64,000 nt of DNA from Eledone cirrhosa (taxonomy: Eukaryota), in NCBI GenBank assembly GCA_964016885.1, contig OZ024749.1, positions 30,380,001-30,444,000 on the forward strand, given 5' to 3'. Under the pieces are notes generated by a model, which was not told where the DNA came from, searched no databases, and was given only the letters and a program-made list of their open reading frames with translations. The stretch's first letter is position 1. Each line of letters begins with the position of its first letter. Positions 43,949 to 59,094 of the stretch are shown one piece after another. The position numbers were made by a program, and so were the translations under genes.

Positions 43949-43991
43949 GTCACTGAAGAGGTCACAGAATGTGTGACGAAAGAACTTTGAC
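43949..43991 (+). ncRNA. Minimal type I hammerhead ribozyme
   Basis: GTCA-CTGAAGA-G-GTCACA-gaatg-TGTGAC-GAAA-GAAC-TT-TGAC. Confidence 0.82.
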
Positions 43992-44786
43992 AATATATAA
44001 ACAACTATTTGGTTGTGGAACCAACCAACCAATCAGAAATTTTTAAATTCCTAAATTTATAAATTTATTATAATAAATTGAAGTGAAAGCAAACTGGTGC
44101 GTGTGTTTCTTATTGGCAACATGACCCTCCCAAAGTATAACAATATCGGTTTCAACACACGATTTCAGATAAAGAATCTTGCTAAACAAATTCAGAAACG
44201 AAATATATATATATATATATATATATATAGTCAACATTTGTTACAATTTGGTGAATTAGCCGAATCAGTATTCATTTCATACAATTATTCATTTGATTTA
44301 TACCTTATATCCTAAAAATCTAATTTTTGAAGTAATGGGGAAAACTTGTTGAAATTCTTAAAAAAGTTTCCGGAAAAAATTCATAAATGTTTCGCCGCAA
44401 AACATAACTATTGTTAAAATTTGAAAACTTATAGAATATCGAATATATGAAAATATTGTTTAGCTAACTAATGAGATGTTCTTCAGAATGAAATGTGCCA
44501 AAGAAAATGTTATCCAATACTCCAGCTATAGATTTATTGTGATCGACTACAATGACAGATCACGCCTCCTTTTTCTAAATATCATTCACAAAACCGAAAC
44601 AGATATACACACACACATATACATCTTCATATATATACACACCAGAGCAACCCACACACATTTATATATTTATATATATTATAGATATGTGTGTACACAC
44701 ACACACACACATATATATATATGTTTACACACACACATATATATATATATATATATGTTTACACACACACACACATATATATGTTT

Positions 44787-44903
<117 letters not shown>

Positions 44904-45114
44904 CATATATATATGTACATATATGTGGATATTATATATATATAAACGAAAAAAAATGAAACAAAATTTCATTTCTCACTCTTATATATATATATAAATA
45001 TATATGTATGTATATATATATATTTATTTATATGTAGATATATGATGTATATATATATATATAGAGAGAGAGATATATGTATGTATATATATATTTATAA
45101 GTAGATATATGATG

Positions 45115-45161
<47 letters not shown>

Positions 45162-45175
45162 GTAGATATATGATG

Positions 45176-45238
<63 letters not shown>

Positions 45239-45254
45239 GTAGATATATGATGTA

Positions 45255-45331
<77 letters not shown>

Positions 45332-45343
45332 GTAGATATATGA

Positions 45344-45421
<78 letters not shown>

Positions 45422-45952
45422 CTTATATACACTTATATACATATATCTACACGTATATACATACATATATCATCCACACTACATAAAGATGTCATTGAAA
45501 GCCCTTTACCTTTATTAAAACTCACATATATCACGAACGCCTAGAGGTACAAACATAACTTCCAGACGGAATCTTTCTGGAAGAAAACTAATTCTAAAGC
45601 AATATCATCCCACATAAACAAATGAAGAGAACTGAAGTTCAGAAATGTACTGATAAATATGAACACGATCATATTCCCAGTTTTTCCATTGCTCTGTTTT
45701 CTTTTAAATAAATACCTAACGCCTCTTTGCAACATGCACAGCCAACACGCACATACACATACACGCACATACATGCGGAAGACTAAGAGACAACTGCATC
45801 TCGACCTCTTCAGCCACGTTGCTGACAGTGTAGTTCCGCACATTAAGGTGGTACTGCATTTATGAATGCTCTAAAGCGTTGGATATTGTTGCCATGTTTT
45901 GACTACAATATATACATATATACATGCATACATATGGATATACATACACACT

Positions 45953-45991
<39 letters not shown>

Positions 45992-47180
45992 GTATATAAG
46001 GGATAACATAATTTCGTTATAGGTAATCCAGTTAGAGGTTGTGAATACTTCTTATTATGGATAGTTTTAGCGTCGTACGGCGTTGTTTGACTCAACAAGA
46101 GGCAAACGTAGATGACGAGTTTATGATTTCACTTGTATTCCTATGTAAGTTTATCCTGAAGTAATAAAATTGAAAAAGTGAAGAATAACATGGTCAACAG
46201 TACAAAAAAGGGGATTTATTTACAATCTAACAATTGTTTCTCTGATTAAGTTGTCTAAAAATTGCTGAACACTAGAAGCAGTGCCACTCAATTTCAAATA
46301 CGATGTTAGCCCAATCAGATCATCAGAAACTGTTACAAAAAATATATATAACCGGCAAATTTACAAATTCAAATTACATCATCAATAATAATATTAATAA
46401 TAAAGATAGAGAGAGAAAAAAGAAAGAAAGGGAGATAGACAAAGGAAAGAAAGAAAGGAAAATAAAAAGAAAAAGAGAAAGAGAAAGAAAAAGAAAAAGG
46501 AGAAATGAGTACAGAGAAAAATGTAGAGAGAAGCAAATATATGGATAAATGATGATAGAAAGAGGAGAGACACACATAAGAAGAAATAACGTAGGAGAGA
46601 AAGAACAATAGAGGGAAAATAATGATATCAACAATAAATGAATAAACGTTAATACATGAATAAATGTAAATAAAAAAATAATAATAATATTAAATAAATA
46701 AATAAATTACATCTAATATGATACAAAATGGTATAAAATGTGATAAATGAAGAAAATTTAAAAATATTAAGGTTATTGAAAGTGGTTTTTGATAGTGGCT
46801 AAAATATAGAGAGATACGAAGATATAAATATGATATTGTTAAATATATTTATGTGTGTATTGGTTATTTCAATAAATACATAAATTATTAATTGTAAGCT
46901 ATATTATATGATAAAATAAAATTCCAGAGATTAAATAAATTTAGTGAATATATACACACAGGGGCACACACACACACACACACACACACTCTCTCTCGCT
47001 CACACACACACACACATATATACATGCACAAATTAAACGAAAATTACAAAGCTTACGACATGCGTACGAGAGGTGTAAGGGAGATAACTGCATTTTAGTA
47101 TTGCCTGTGTGAAGTGACCGGTTTCTGCGCATGCGCGTACGTACGGTTGTCCTTTCTGTTCCGTATAACCATGCCTATTA

Positions 47181-47218
47181 CGAGCTGAGGATCCGCTAAG
47201 GTGAAACAATTGTTCTCG
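47181..47218 (+). ncRNA. Type I hammerhead (family J)
   Basis: CGAG-CTGAGGA-t-CC-gctaa-GG-t-GAAA-CAATTG-TT-CTCG. Confidence 0.8.
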
Positions 47219-47247
47219 GTATGGTGAACTAACTGTTGTGTAACCAC

Positions 47248-47324
<77 letters not shown>

Positions 47325-47680
47325 TATATTAGAAAGTGAGGATTTTTTTACAAAATGAAAAATAACCGAGGTGTCCTACACGAGTAAAAGTATAAAGAAA
47401 AAGAGATGAAATCGAAAATGCAACTGAAGTCTTATTTTTTTTAAATATATATATATTTATTTGGTTCCTTTACCGGTTTCGCAGTTCTTCTGCTTTTCAA
47501 AAGGTGAGTTGAGATGGAGGGTCTGTGGTTCTTCTCACATCTGAGAAAACCACAGACCCTCCATCTCAACTCACCTTTTGAAAAGCAGAAGAACTGCGAA
47601 ACCGGTAAAGGAACCAAATAAATATATATATTTAAAAAAAAATAAGACTCCAGTTGCATTTTCGATTTCATCTCTTTTTC

Positions 47681-47862
<182 letters not shown>

Positions 47863-48345
47863 TGCGTGTGTGTGTGGGCGTGTAAGTGTAGGTGTCAGTG
47901 TTAATTCATATAGTAAATAATTCTTTCTACTTTTGTTAGATAGTATTATATCGTATTATATATTATAATCTTATGTAATATATAGTATTATATATTATAA
48001 TCTTATGCAAGTATCTGAGAAAAAATCAAAACCAAAAAATAACCAAAAACTAAAAGAAACAAACAATGAATCTGGTGTCTGGGATTTCTGTTTCAGTTAT
48101 TACTCAATCAATGTATTGTTTGCATAGATGAAGAATTAACCCATTGGCCACAATAAACGATGTACTGCAAGAACTTCTAATTACGTGTTCACATCGTATC
48201 AGAATAAATTTAGTGAAATTCTTTTTAACCGGAAATTAAATTCGACATGCCGGAAGAATTATTTTACACTTTGCCACTTATCATGCAAGAGAACTCATAG
48301 GTATATATCGTATATATCTATGTATGTTTAATATATCTATGTATC

Positions 48346-48487
<142 letters not shown>

Positions 48488-48498
48488 GTATATATTTA

Positions 48499-48539
<41 letters not shown>

Positions 48540-48609
48540 ATAGTAATAATAATAAGTTTGAAGACTAAAATCCAAAGAGGGCTCGATAAGGATAAACATA
48601 TATCAAATC

Positions 48610-48660
48610 AGTTTCAGAAGATCCCGTTAAGGGTGAAAGCAGCGATTCTTTGCTTAAACT
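48610..48660 (+). ncRNA. Type I hammerhead, U4A variant (family F)
   Basis: AGTTT-CAGAAGA-t-CCC-gttaa-GGG-t-GAA-AGCA-gcgattctt-TGCT-T-AAACT. Confidence 0.7.
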
Positions 48661-48895
48661 TTAATCTACTATTGTAATAAATATATATATATATATAACG
48701 AAGGAAATGTGGTAAGGAACCAGGTGGACCATAACGCACCAAAGTACTCAATACTTAGGGTAGTAGAGTGGGTAATAGGAACGAGTAGGACCCTGACAGC
48801 TGAGCTCAAGCCGTTTCGACGGCTAATTCTCAGAGAATTCTCGGAGAATTAGCCGTCGGAACGGCTTGAGCTCAGCCGTCGGGGTCCTACTCGTT

Positions 48896-48933
<38 letters not shown>

Positions 48934-49081
48934 TATAATTATTTATATATATATATTTATTTATTTATATATATATTTATATTTATTTATATATATATGT
49001 ATATATATATATATATATTCATATAATTATTTATATATATATATTTATTTATTTATATATATATTTATATTTATGTATATG

Positions 49082-49155
<74 letters not shown>

Positions 49156-49252
49156 TTTATTTATTCATATATATGTATATATCTCAGTTTATATTTATGT
49201 ATATATATATATATATTTATATAATTATTTATATATATGTATATATATATAC

Positions 49253-49324
<72 letters not shown>

Positions 49325-49351
49325 ATAATTTATATATATATGTATATATAC

Positions 49352-49397
<46 letters not shown>

Positions 49398-50234
49398 GTA
49401 TTGAAGTTTCCGTTGAAAATTGAAAAAGTCAGAGGAATGAAGAGTGCTCTATGTAAGTTACAGAGCTAAATATCTAACGTATAATAAGCAATACAGTATA
49501 ATTACCTCATTACAGAGGTTTCCCGAATAAGAAGAATACAAGAACCGTCCGCATTCGTTCGTCTGACGAACGAATGCGGACGTTTCTTGTATTCGTCTTA
49601 TTCGGGAAACCTCTGGTAATGAGGTAATTATACTGTATTGTTTATTACACATTAAGTATAATGCATATATCTCTCTCTTTCACTCTCTCTCTCTATATAC
49701 ATATTTATATATATATATATATATATATATGAAAAAGTTTGTCCTTCATCAGTGGCCTTCCAACCGTCGTAGGCATTTCATCTCTTTAAAGGCGTAAATA
49801 AAGGGGACGCTAGGGTATTATCCTAGCGTCCCCTTTATTTACGTGTCCCAGCGACTTTTTTTAGCCGTTGCTCGCACCAACCTGAGGTATATGGCTTTTA
49901 AAGCGATGAAATGCCTACGACGGTTGGAAGGCCACTGATGAAGGACAAACTTTTTCATATGTAACCCATTTGCAACGCCGCAGCTCCATTATTATCATAT
50001 TTACATATATATATATATATGTGTGTGTGAGTGTGTATATATCTATATCTCTATATATATATATATATAAATAAATGGCATTGTTAATTAATAAATAAAT
50101 CAACTAGTACCTTAACACTTCACACAAAGTAAAATATTTCGTTTTAATCATTTTCTAATCCAGAAAAAAGAGAGAGAAAATAAAAAGGGAAACAAATATT
50201 TTTTTATTCTTAACAATCGTCTTTTTCTCCCTGT

Positions 50235-50288
<54 letters not shown>

Positions 50289-51789
50289 ATGTGTGCGTGT
50301 GCGTGTGTGTCTGTATTTTCCTGCCTGAAATAAATTAAGCCACCATGTAAAAGTGTGAAACAAAAAGTCTATTAAACAATGGAGCATTAATGTATTGTGT
50401 CAAGGAAGTGTTATTTTAAAACATTAATTTATTTTACACCCCAAAACCTGTACCTGCTTTTATAGTTGATAATGTATACAAGCCTATATTTATTACTTGT
50501 AAAATATAATCAAATTAATGGCTTAAAAAATACAAAATACTTTTAAATAAGTAAAGTGGCAATACACTTGTAAAGATAGAAGTCCAATGTTCGTTGTTTT
50601 TCATTCATGAACCCTTAACGAGTAAACATATAATCATAGCAGATACTACAATTAAGGTTAATTAGGGAGCCACCGACGATGAGTGGCTTTGCAGTAAGGG
50701 TGGTGCACTTCCGTTCATAATGATGTGCGTTAGATTCATGGGCTGGGTGTTGTGTTGTGTTCTTGAGCAAAACAATTTATTTCTTGTTGCTCTAGCTTAC
50801 TCAACGGAAAACGAGTACCAGCAATTGACGTGGGTTTGACCCTACGATGAACTAGCACCCTGTTCAGAAGGAAACTTTTGTACTCCCTGTCGCGTAACGC
50901 TACGGTCACCGGGATAAGCACCGGCTTGAAGAGCCTACAGGCTTGAGACAGAGTTTAGATTGAGACTACGGTTGCAGACTTTAGCAGGGCGAATTACAGA
51001 AAATTAACCGATCATAGATTTATACAAATTTCTCGAAGTAAATTTAATACTTAATAATTTCTTGCGATCAATAATTAAATCAGTAAAAATCAGTAATAAA
51101 TGATGTGTACTAAAGTTGGGCAAATATCCAATATGGTGGAAAGGACTGTGATATTATAGTCTATAACATGATTTTGTATGGAATGAGTTATAGTTTTCCT
51201 AGTTTAGTCAGAGGAAGAAGCGTTGGAACTAATTTTCTCAGTTTGCCAAACTATGTTGAAATTATTTTATTTGGGAGAATAGAGGACATAACTGGAAACA
51301 GTGAGGGTGCATATTGCAGCGTTTGTCAGTGGCACTAAATATCCGGGCCTGGCCCTGCCTATGAGCATAAGGGCTTCTAAACGAGAACTCTTCAGCATTT
51401 GTATATACAGTGGCACATGACATCAATGAAATTAATTGATTAAAGAATTGGATTCGCAATCGTGCTGTTCTACGTTCGAACTATGCGTTATGTCTTTGAG
51501 CAAGATAATTTATTTCACGTTGCTCTTTTTGCCAGCAGTTGCTACCGGTAGACAATATCAACAACGGAAAGAGCAATGGAAATATTGTTTGCTTGTTCTG
51601 ATTTGAATTATTCAACTGCACTCGGCAAGCGAATGACGTCTGAGATCTTGTAAATCTTTTAAATGCAGCACGCACGTACAGGTCCACACGTTTACTCACT
51701 TCAACACTTCCGCAGTTTCATTGTGTACACACGTTACTCTACGTCGTAGAGTCTACGATATATATTGTGTACATACATGTTACTTTACG

Positions 51790-52445
51790 ATTTTTATAGA
51801 CTATATAGTTACTATATAATACCCTTGTGTTTTTGTCCGTCACAAGAGATGACTGACGAAGAAAGGGGTGATGACAAAGTGAGAAAGGAAAGGGTGATAA
51901 GGCCGACTGAGAAAGGAAGGGATGATGCCGGTGACTGAAAAAGGAAGGGGTGATAACGTCGAATGAGAAAGGAAGGGATGATAATGTCGACTGAGAAAGG
52001 TAGGGGTGATAACGTCGACTGAGAAACGGAGGGGGTGACATCATCGACTGAGAAAGGTTTGTATGATTGTATCACTTGTGTGAGTGAGTGCGAAGGAACC
52101 AATCAACCAACCAACAAACAAACAAACACCTCTTTTATTTATATTATGTATACAAATCCCGCCGAGGTTAACTTTGCCTTTCATCCTTACGGGGTCGATA
52201 AAATAAAGCACCAGTAATACACTGGGATAATTGCTGGCCTTGTGCCAAATGTAGAAACAATTATGTGTACATATTACAATTAGCCGTCACTTTTGACTGC
52301 AAGAGGCCAGCTAGTGTTGACGTTATCACACCTTTCTTTCTCAGTCGACGTTATCACCTCTTCCTCTCTCAGTTTGTCATCACTCCTTCCTTCGTCAGTC
52401 ATCTCCTGTGACGGGTACCACTTCTAGTAGTCTATAAAAGTAGCT
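51790..52445. mobile_element. Inverted pair of Helitron-like elements with an internal 26-bp minisatellite and a SINE fragment between them (52153-52263)
   Basis: Tandem GACTGAGAAAGGAAGGGGTGATAACGTC-like units; right copy ends GTGACGGGTACCACTTCTAG|T. Confidence 0.5.
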
Positions 52446-52804
52446 TTGTTAAATTTTATTGAAGGAACCGAATATTACCCCCATTCGACTAAATACTATG
52501 GAAAAGTACAGACAGGTGACAGGAAACAATCAATGTGTTACGTGTATGTTACAATCGCAAGTGGTCTAATTACTGTAGAGCTTTTAACATTACAACAACA
52601 CGTATACTAAAGAGAGGAACCTATATTTATTCGTATAACCTGCTAGAGATATCAGTCGGATCTGTCTTAATTAACCCCTTATAGTTTTACAAAGACAATG
52701 TCTTCCTATTATGGTTTCCTATAATACTTGAAAGATTACTCCTTAGATATAATCTACCAAATATTCTGACTGATTTGGTGTTAGATAGATAAACAGATAA
52801 ATAG

Positions 52805-52861
<57 letters not shown>

Positions 52862-53013
52862 TGATTTAAAGCTTCACTGGTCACAAGTGTTTTTTAAGCT
52901 TCATATCATGTCTCCCTATTTTACCTGATGAGAACGCAGATGATGATATTTGATTTTGAAATGCGCATAATAAAATGCTTGGAACTTTTTTAACCATCTT
53001 TTGATCTTATATT

Positions 53014-53072
<59 letters not shown>

Positions 53073-53140
53073 GCCTGTGTAGTTGCTGGTTAAGGTGTAC
53101 TTATAAATAAGAGGAAAGCACGAACGGGAGAAAATTTTCC

Positions 53141-53199
<59 letters not shown>

Positions 53200-54165
53200 A
53201 GGGTTGACGGACCCACCATATTTATCAATGCCTGTACCGGTTGTATCTCAGCGCACTCAATGGGCAATGTAAGATACACTACCAGAGTATACACATAGTT
53301 ATTTGCCTCAACACAACACACGTAAAACGGGTGCCTATAAGGTTCCTGGACTCGAGTTTCTGCAGCACTAATGCAGCAGTAAGGTGCACTGCACCATATG
53401 TCTGCGTATATTATGCAACAATGCACAATCGGCTTATGCGGCGTCATCAGCGGGTATCGCCTAATCAATAACCAATCGATCGACATAATCCAAACACCGG
53501 TCCGTGCCGGTCATGACTGTTTGTGACAACCGACACGGTAAAGTGATTAACTGGCAACCGATAGCACTCTATCTCTCAACTAGCCACTGATTTATAAATA
53601 TATATATATATAAGAGAGAATTGGATTCGCAATCATGAGGTTGTGCGTTCGAATCCTGGGTAGGCTGATGCGTTATGCTCCTTAAATGGACTTGTGACCG
53701 GTAGATAGTATTAGCAACTGGAAAGACTAATGGAAATATTGTTTCCTCGGTCCGATTTATAAAGGTAACCACCGAGTAGGTAAGAGAATGTGACCTTTAA
53801 ACAATTATCCAGTTATTAAACTAACCAACGGGGAAATTATAATAATTAATAATTATAATAATTTGAAGTGAAACCCAACAGTTTCAGGTATTTCTATTGG
53901 CCGAATGGCACCCCACTCAAATGTATAAATATATACATAAAATACACATACATACATGCAGACAGATAGATGCAAACACCTGTTGATACATGCATATTGT
54001 ATTCTTGAAGAGGCATCGAGGCTCCTTTATTCACGAGCTATAAATAGACGCGTTATAAAACTACAAGAGAAAGAGGCCAACTATGGATGGATCATTGATG
54101 ATGAGTTTGCAGACTCAATACCTAGGATAGAGATGGATTCAGCTTCATATATATCATTATTTTTG

Positions 54166-54805
54166 AAATCCCGCCGAGGTTAACTTTGCCTTTCATCCAT
54201 ACGGGGTCAATAAAATAAAGTACCAATAATGCACTGAATAATTGCTGGCCTTGTGCCAAAAGTAGAAACAATTATTACTCTCAGCGGTGGATTTCCAGTA
54301 TCGGTAGAGAGTCGGATGTCATGTTTTGCAGCATAGAGTTACTGCCCTTGATCTTCTGAGTTCAAATCCCGCCTATTGTTGTGATATCCTATTATTGTGA
54401 TATCCTAATGTTTTGATATCCTATTGTTGTGATATTCTATTGGTGTGATATCCTATTGTTGTGATATCCAATGTAACTATTTCCATAACATTATTATTAT
54501 GCAGAACTTTGCCTTTCATCCTTACGGGTTCGATAGAATAAAGTACCAGTAATGCACTGGGTAATTGTTGGCCTTGTGCCTAACGTAGAAACAATTATTA
54601 TTATGCAGAACAAGGAGGTGGATTGGCAGTATCGGTAGAGGGTCGGACGCCATTCTTTGACGCATAGAGTTACGGTCCTTGCCATTCTGAATTCAAATCC
54701 CGCCGAGGTTAACTTTGCCTTTCATCCTTACTAAGTCGATAAAATAAAGTACCAGTAATGTACTGGTAATTGCTGCCCTTGTGCCAAAAGTAGAAACAAC
54801 TATTT
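54166..54805 (+). mobile_element. Cluster of SINE family 1 copies, one interrupted by a 16-bp tandem repeat (54372-54470)
   Basis: Consensus matches at 54166-54280, 54283-54373 plus 54505-54602, and 54615-54805. Confidence 0.8.
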
Positions 54806-55030
54806 TTGAAATTATAGGTTACATACCAACCTGCCTGTACCAGAATATGAGAGGACTTAGATTTGTGCAGAAAGAAAATCGGTCCTCAATTCATAAGCTA
54901 CAAATAACCGTGACATCGGTAACCTTCAAAATATGTAAAATCTTCGTACGATTCAAAGGAGGAACGAGTGCACAAAGAACGAAGAAAATTTCCTTTTCTG
55001 TGAAGATGGTGAGTCAAAAATAAACTGCTG

Positions 55031-55092
<62 letters not shown>

Positions 55093-55137
55093 GCATAAAT
55101 ATATATGTGTATATATGTATATATATATATGCATAAA

Positions 55138-55199
<62 letters not shown>

Positions 55200-55911
55200 T
55201 AAATATATATGTGTGGAATTACTTCATTTATGTATATATATGTATATATATTGTATGTATATATGTATATATATATATGAATGTCAGGCTGGTGCCACTG
55301 GTAACATGTATCCCAGTACAACCTGTCCCATGGTCGGGTCGTTGGCGACTAAACTGACAACCCCACCAAGGTTTCTTGGTGAGGAAGGTGACTTTGGACA
55401 TCCTGCAGGACTAAAAACAAAACCAGTCAAAGGACAAAGGAGCTCTTAAGAGTCAATGGCCATCCAAAATCACCGGGAGAGATGACCCCTTAGCCTTTGT
55501 CAATGCAGAATTCTAGGAGAAGGAAAAACTCTGATATAACACCTGCAACCCTGATGGTATCCAATGATGTTGACTTGTTCTTCTTTTTGGTAAATATCAT
55601 CTTGGTTAAGAGAGTGGGACTGGCTTTGTGCAGTGCCTTTGCTCACTATAAAAGCTTCACGTCACAGGCATTGCTTTATATCTGGAGATATCTCTGCACT
55701 TGTCGTCACATGGTACAATGGGCCCAGCACTATGTGTCAATAATTGTCACAAGTGTAGTGTTTGTACCAGAGTTTTCAAATCACTGGCTGGACTAAAAAG
55801 TCACACTCGTTCAGCGCATTGGTAGGAGTTCTCCTACATGGATATAAAGTAGTGGCCGTACTCGAAAACGAGCTGGCAGCCACCATATATATGAATATGT
55901 ATATATATGTA

Positions 55912-55961
<50 letters not shown>

Positions 55962-55977
55962 CACATATATTTATATA

Positions 55978-56028
<51 letters not shown>

Positions 56029-56034
56029 ATATCA

Positions 56035-56065
<31 letters not shown>

Positions 56066-56754
56066 TATATATATGTATATATATATATATCTACATATAT
56101 ATACATATATATGTATGAGTGTGTGTATATATATATATATGCATATATGAATACGCACACAACCAAAACACATACACACGTATACACTTACGCATAAAGA
56201 GTCATACCCATATATATATATATATGCGTTCTTCTGTATATATATTTAGGTCTACATAAATATATATATATATATATATATATGTGTAAAATTTTAAGTT
56301 ATCAATAATGTAGTGATAATATATCGTCACGTTAGAGATGAACAGCGTACGTGTAGGTTTGCTCAACGAGTATAAATTATATTCCGGAGAAAATGTAGAA
56401 AAGATGAATATAAAATGAAAGTGCTTTTATGAAGGAATTTATTAGGTATTGACATGTTTCTGTAACAGACGGAATACCTATGTATCGCTGCTTGTGTAAT
56501 CATATAATGTTAGCAAGTATTCAATAGCAAATGTATAATCAGTTGTCACTTCTTCAGAGATATTGGATAAATTGGAAAAAATCAGAAAAATTGAAGTACT
56601 TATATTAGTTGTAAGAAAGGAATAAGAGAGGGGATAGTATATGACAGATGGCAATTCAATTTGCTGGTAAACAAGTATATAGAAGGTTTTCAATGAGAAT
56701 ACAATGAGTATATGGCTTATTTCATCTAAATAAGAATTTTTGGAAAAAGAGGTG

Positions 56755-57646
56755 TATTTTATTTATGTCTCATATAAAATAATACAACTGGCTATCCTCA
56801 AAATACGTATAGTTAGCACCCCAAACGTATAATTGGGATTATACTAAGGTATATCCTGATGTTTGTTGAGTGAGACGGAAGCCGGTCGGAGAATTGCTTA
56901 AAGCTTTCTCTGTTAATGTATTAAATATTATACTCTTCATTTGGCTAGGGATTAATATTTCCAGATACTTTTTAGGTATTACTTTCCGTATTTAATCTTT
57001 GTATGAAATATTGATTGTACTTCCGGTATCTTATCTCAGTTTTTAGCCTAAGAAAATACCTATATGCGTGTATAAATAATACATTCATATATTTATTTTT
57101 TTATATCCAATTGAGTTCTTCACGCATGGTTAAAATTATTGAAAGAATTAATTGACCCGCGTGCATATTATTATTATTTTTTTTTTTACGTTTGCGATGA
57201 CCTCCCCTTTCCGCTTGATGGCAGTGTGAGATTTCTCATTGTGAGACTGCTGGAATTTCAAATTTGGCGGTCTTTCTAGCACGGAGGGGTGCCATTGCTG
57301 AACATTAATGTCGGTAAGGTTTTTTTTATCGATATTTGTCGGGCATCGACTGATGATTTATAAGTGCCCACCTACATATATTCCTACGGACTATGTGTAG
57401 GCTTCTACATAACCTGGATATTATTTTCCCAATTTGTAGAAAACTTATAATGAAACGATCGTTTGGAAAGATAGATGTATTTTAATTATGTCTCATATAA
57501 AATAATACAACTGGCTATCCGCAAAATACGTATAGTTAGCACCCCAAACGTATAATTGGGATTATACTAAGGTATATCCTAATGTTTGTTGAGTGAAACG
57601 GAAGCCGGGCGGAGTATTGCTTAAAGCTTTCTCTGTTAATGTATTA
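56755..57646. mobile_element. Element with direct repeats of about 170 bp (56755-56925, 57476-57646) ending at (TA)n
   Basis: Direct repeats separated by about 550 bp of unique non-coding sequence. Confidence 0.55.
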
Positions 57647-57694
57647 TATATATATATATATATGTGTGTGTGAGTGTATATATATATATATATG

Positions 57695-57755
<61 letters not shown>

Positions 57756-57859
57756 ATGTATATATATATATATATGTATGTACATATATATACATATATA
57801 TATATATTATATATATATATATTTGTATGTATATATATATATATATCTACATATATATA

Positions 57860-57900
<41 letters not shown>

Positions 57901-58030
57901 ATGTATGTAATATATATATATATCTACATATATATACCTATATATATATATATATATATTTGTATGTATATATATGTACATATATATACCTATATATACA
58001 TATATATATATATATATTTGTATGTTTATG

Positions 58031-58108
<78 letters not shown>

Positions 58109-58876
58109 ATGGCATACACACATATATATAATATATATGTATATATATTATTCAACGAAACTGGGATGCTATTATATATTATTCAACACAATACTTGAAT
58201 ATTTGTCTAATGGAAGAAAGAGTTTAAATCCGCAGAGGAGTGTATTTTTTTATTATTTTCTTTATTATTTTCATTATTAGTTTTCTTTTTATCTTTCCAT
58301 CGTGGCAAGTAATTTGTTCCTACACATTTCAGCACAATTATTTACAAGCTATGTATATGTGTGAGTGTGTGTGTGCGTAAGTATGTATGTATTTATGTAT
58401 GTATATATCTATGTTTATATGTATGCCTGCTTGTCTGGTTTTCTTATTTTCTTATTAGCTTTTCTTATTTTCTCATTTTCTGATTAGCTTTGACTGGCCA
58501 CCTTCCCGGTGGCAAGTTTGTAAGGAAAAGGAAATTTCCTTCGTACTATATTCAATCGTTTATCTCTGAATCATGAGAATATTTAGTAAAATTTGAAGTC
58601 TTCATATATAGTGGCAGTTTATTTATAAGCGCTTTATTTCTTCGAGAATTTAAGTTCTGTCATATATTGGTTTGGTCGCTGGATCTTCAAAATCCATCTT
58701 CAAAATCCATCTTCTGTAGATATTCTTCTTTTTTAAATTTTTCTATCTACATTAACATCGAGTGGGAAGTTGACATCTTCAATAGAGGACCTTTCTAATC
58801 TGTGGTCTCAAACAAAAACTACAAGCCTAATTGTGCTTTAAATTGGTAACGATTTTAATTTTTATTATTGCTTATT

Positions 58877-59068
58877 GGGCGGTGGATTGGCACTATCGCT
58901 AGAGGGTCGGACGCCATGCTTTGCAGAACAGTTACGTCGCTTTACGGACTGAGTTCAAATCCCGCCGAGGTTAACTTTGCCTTACATCCTTACGGGGTCG
59001 ATAAAATAATGTACCAGTAATACACTGGGATAATTGCTGACATTGTGCCAACAAGTAGAAACAATTAT
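58877..59068 (+). mobile_element. SINE family 1
   Basis: Full-length match to the family consensus. Confidence 0.85.
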
Positions 59069-59094
59069 TGCTCATAGCAACCAGTTTCGATATA

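Larger units (their letters stand above)
43205..44202 (+). mobile_element. 5'-truncated Penelope-like element, family A: inverted 3' copy, EN ORF, hammerhead and tail
   Basis: 43205-43380 is an inverted copy of about 43966-44143. Both ends abut (TA)n. Confidence 0.88.
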
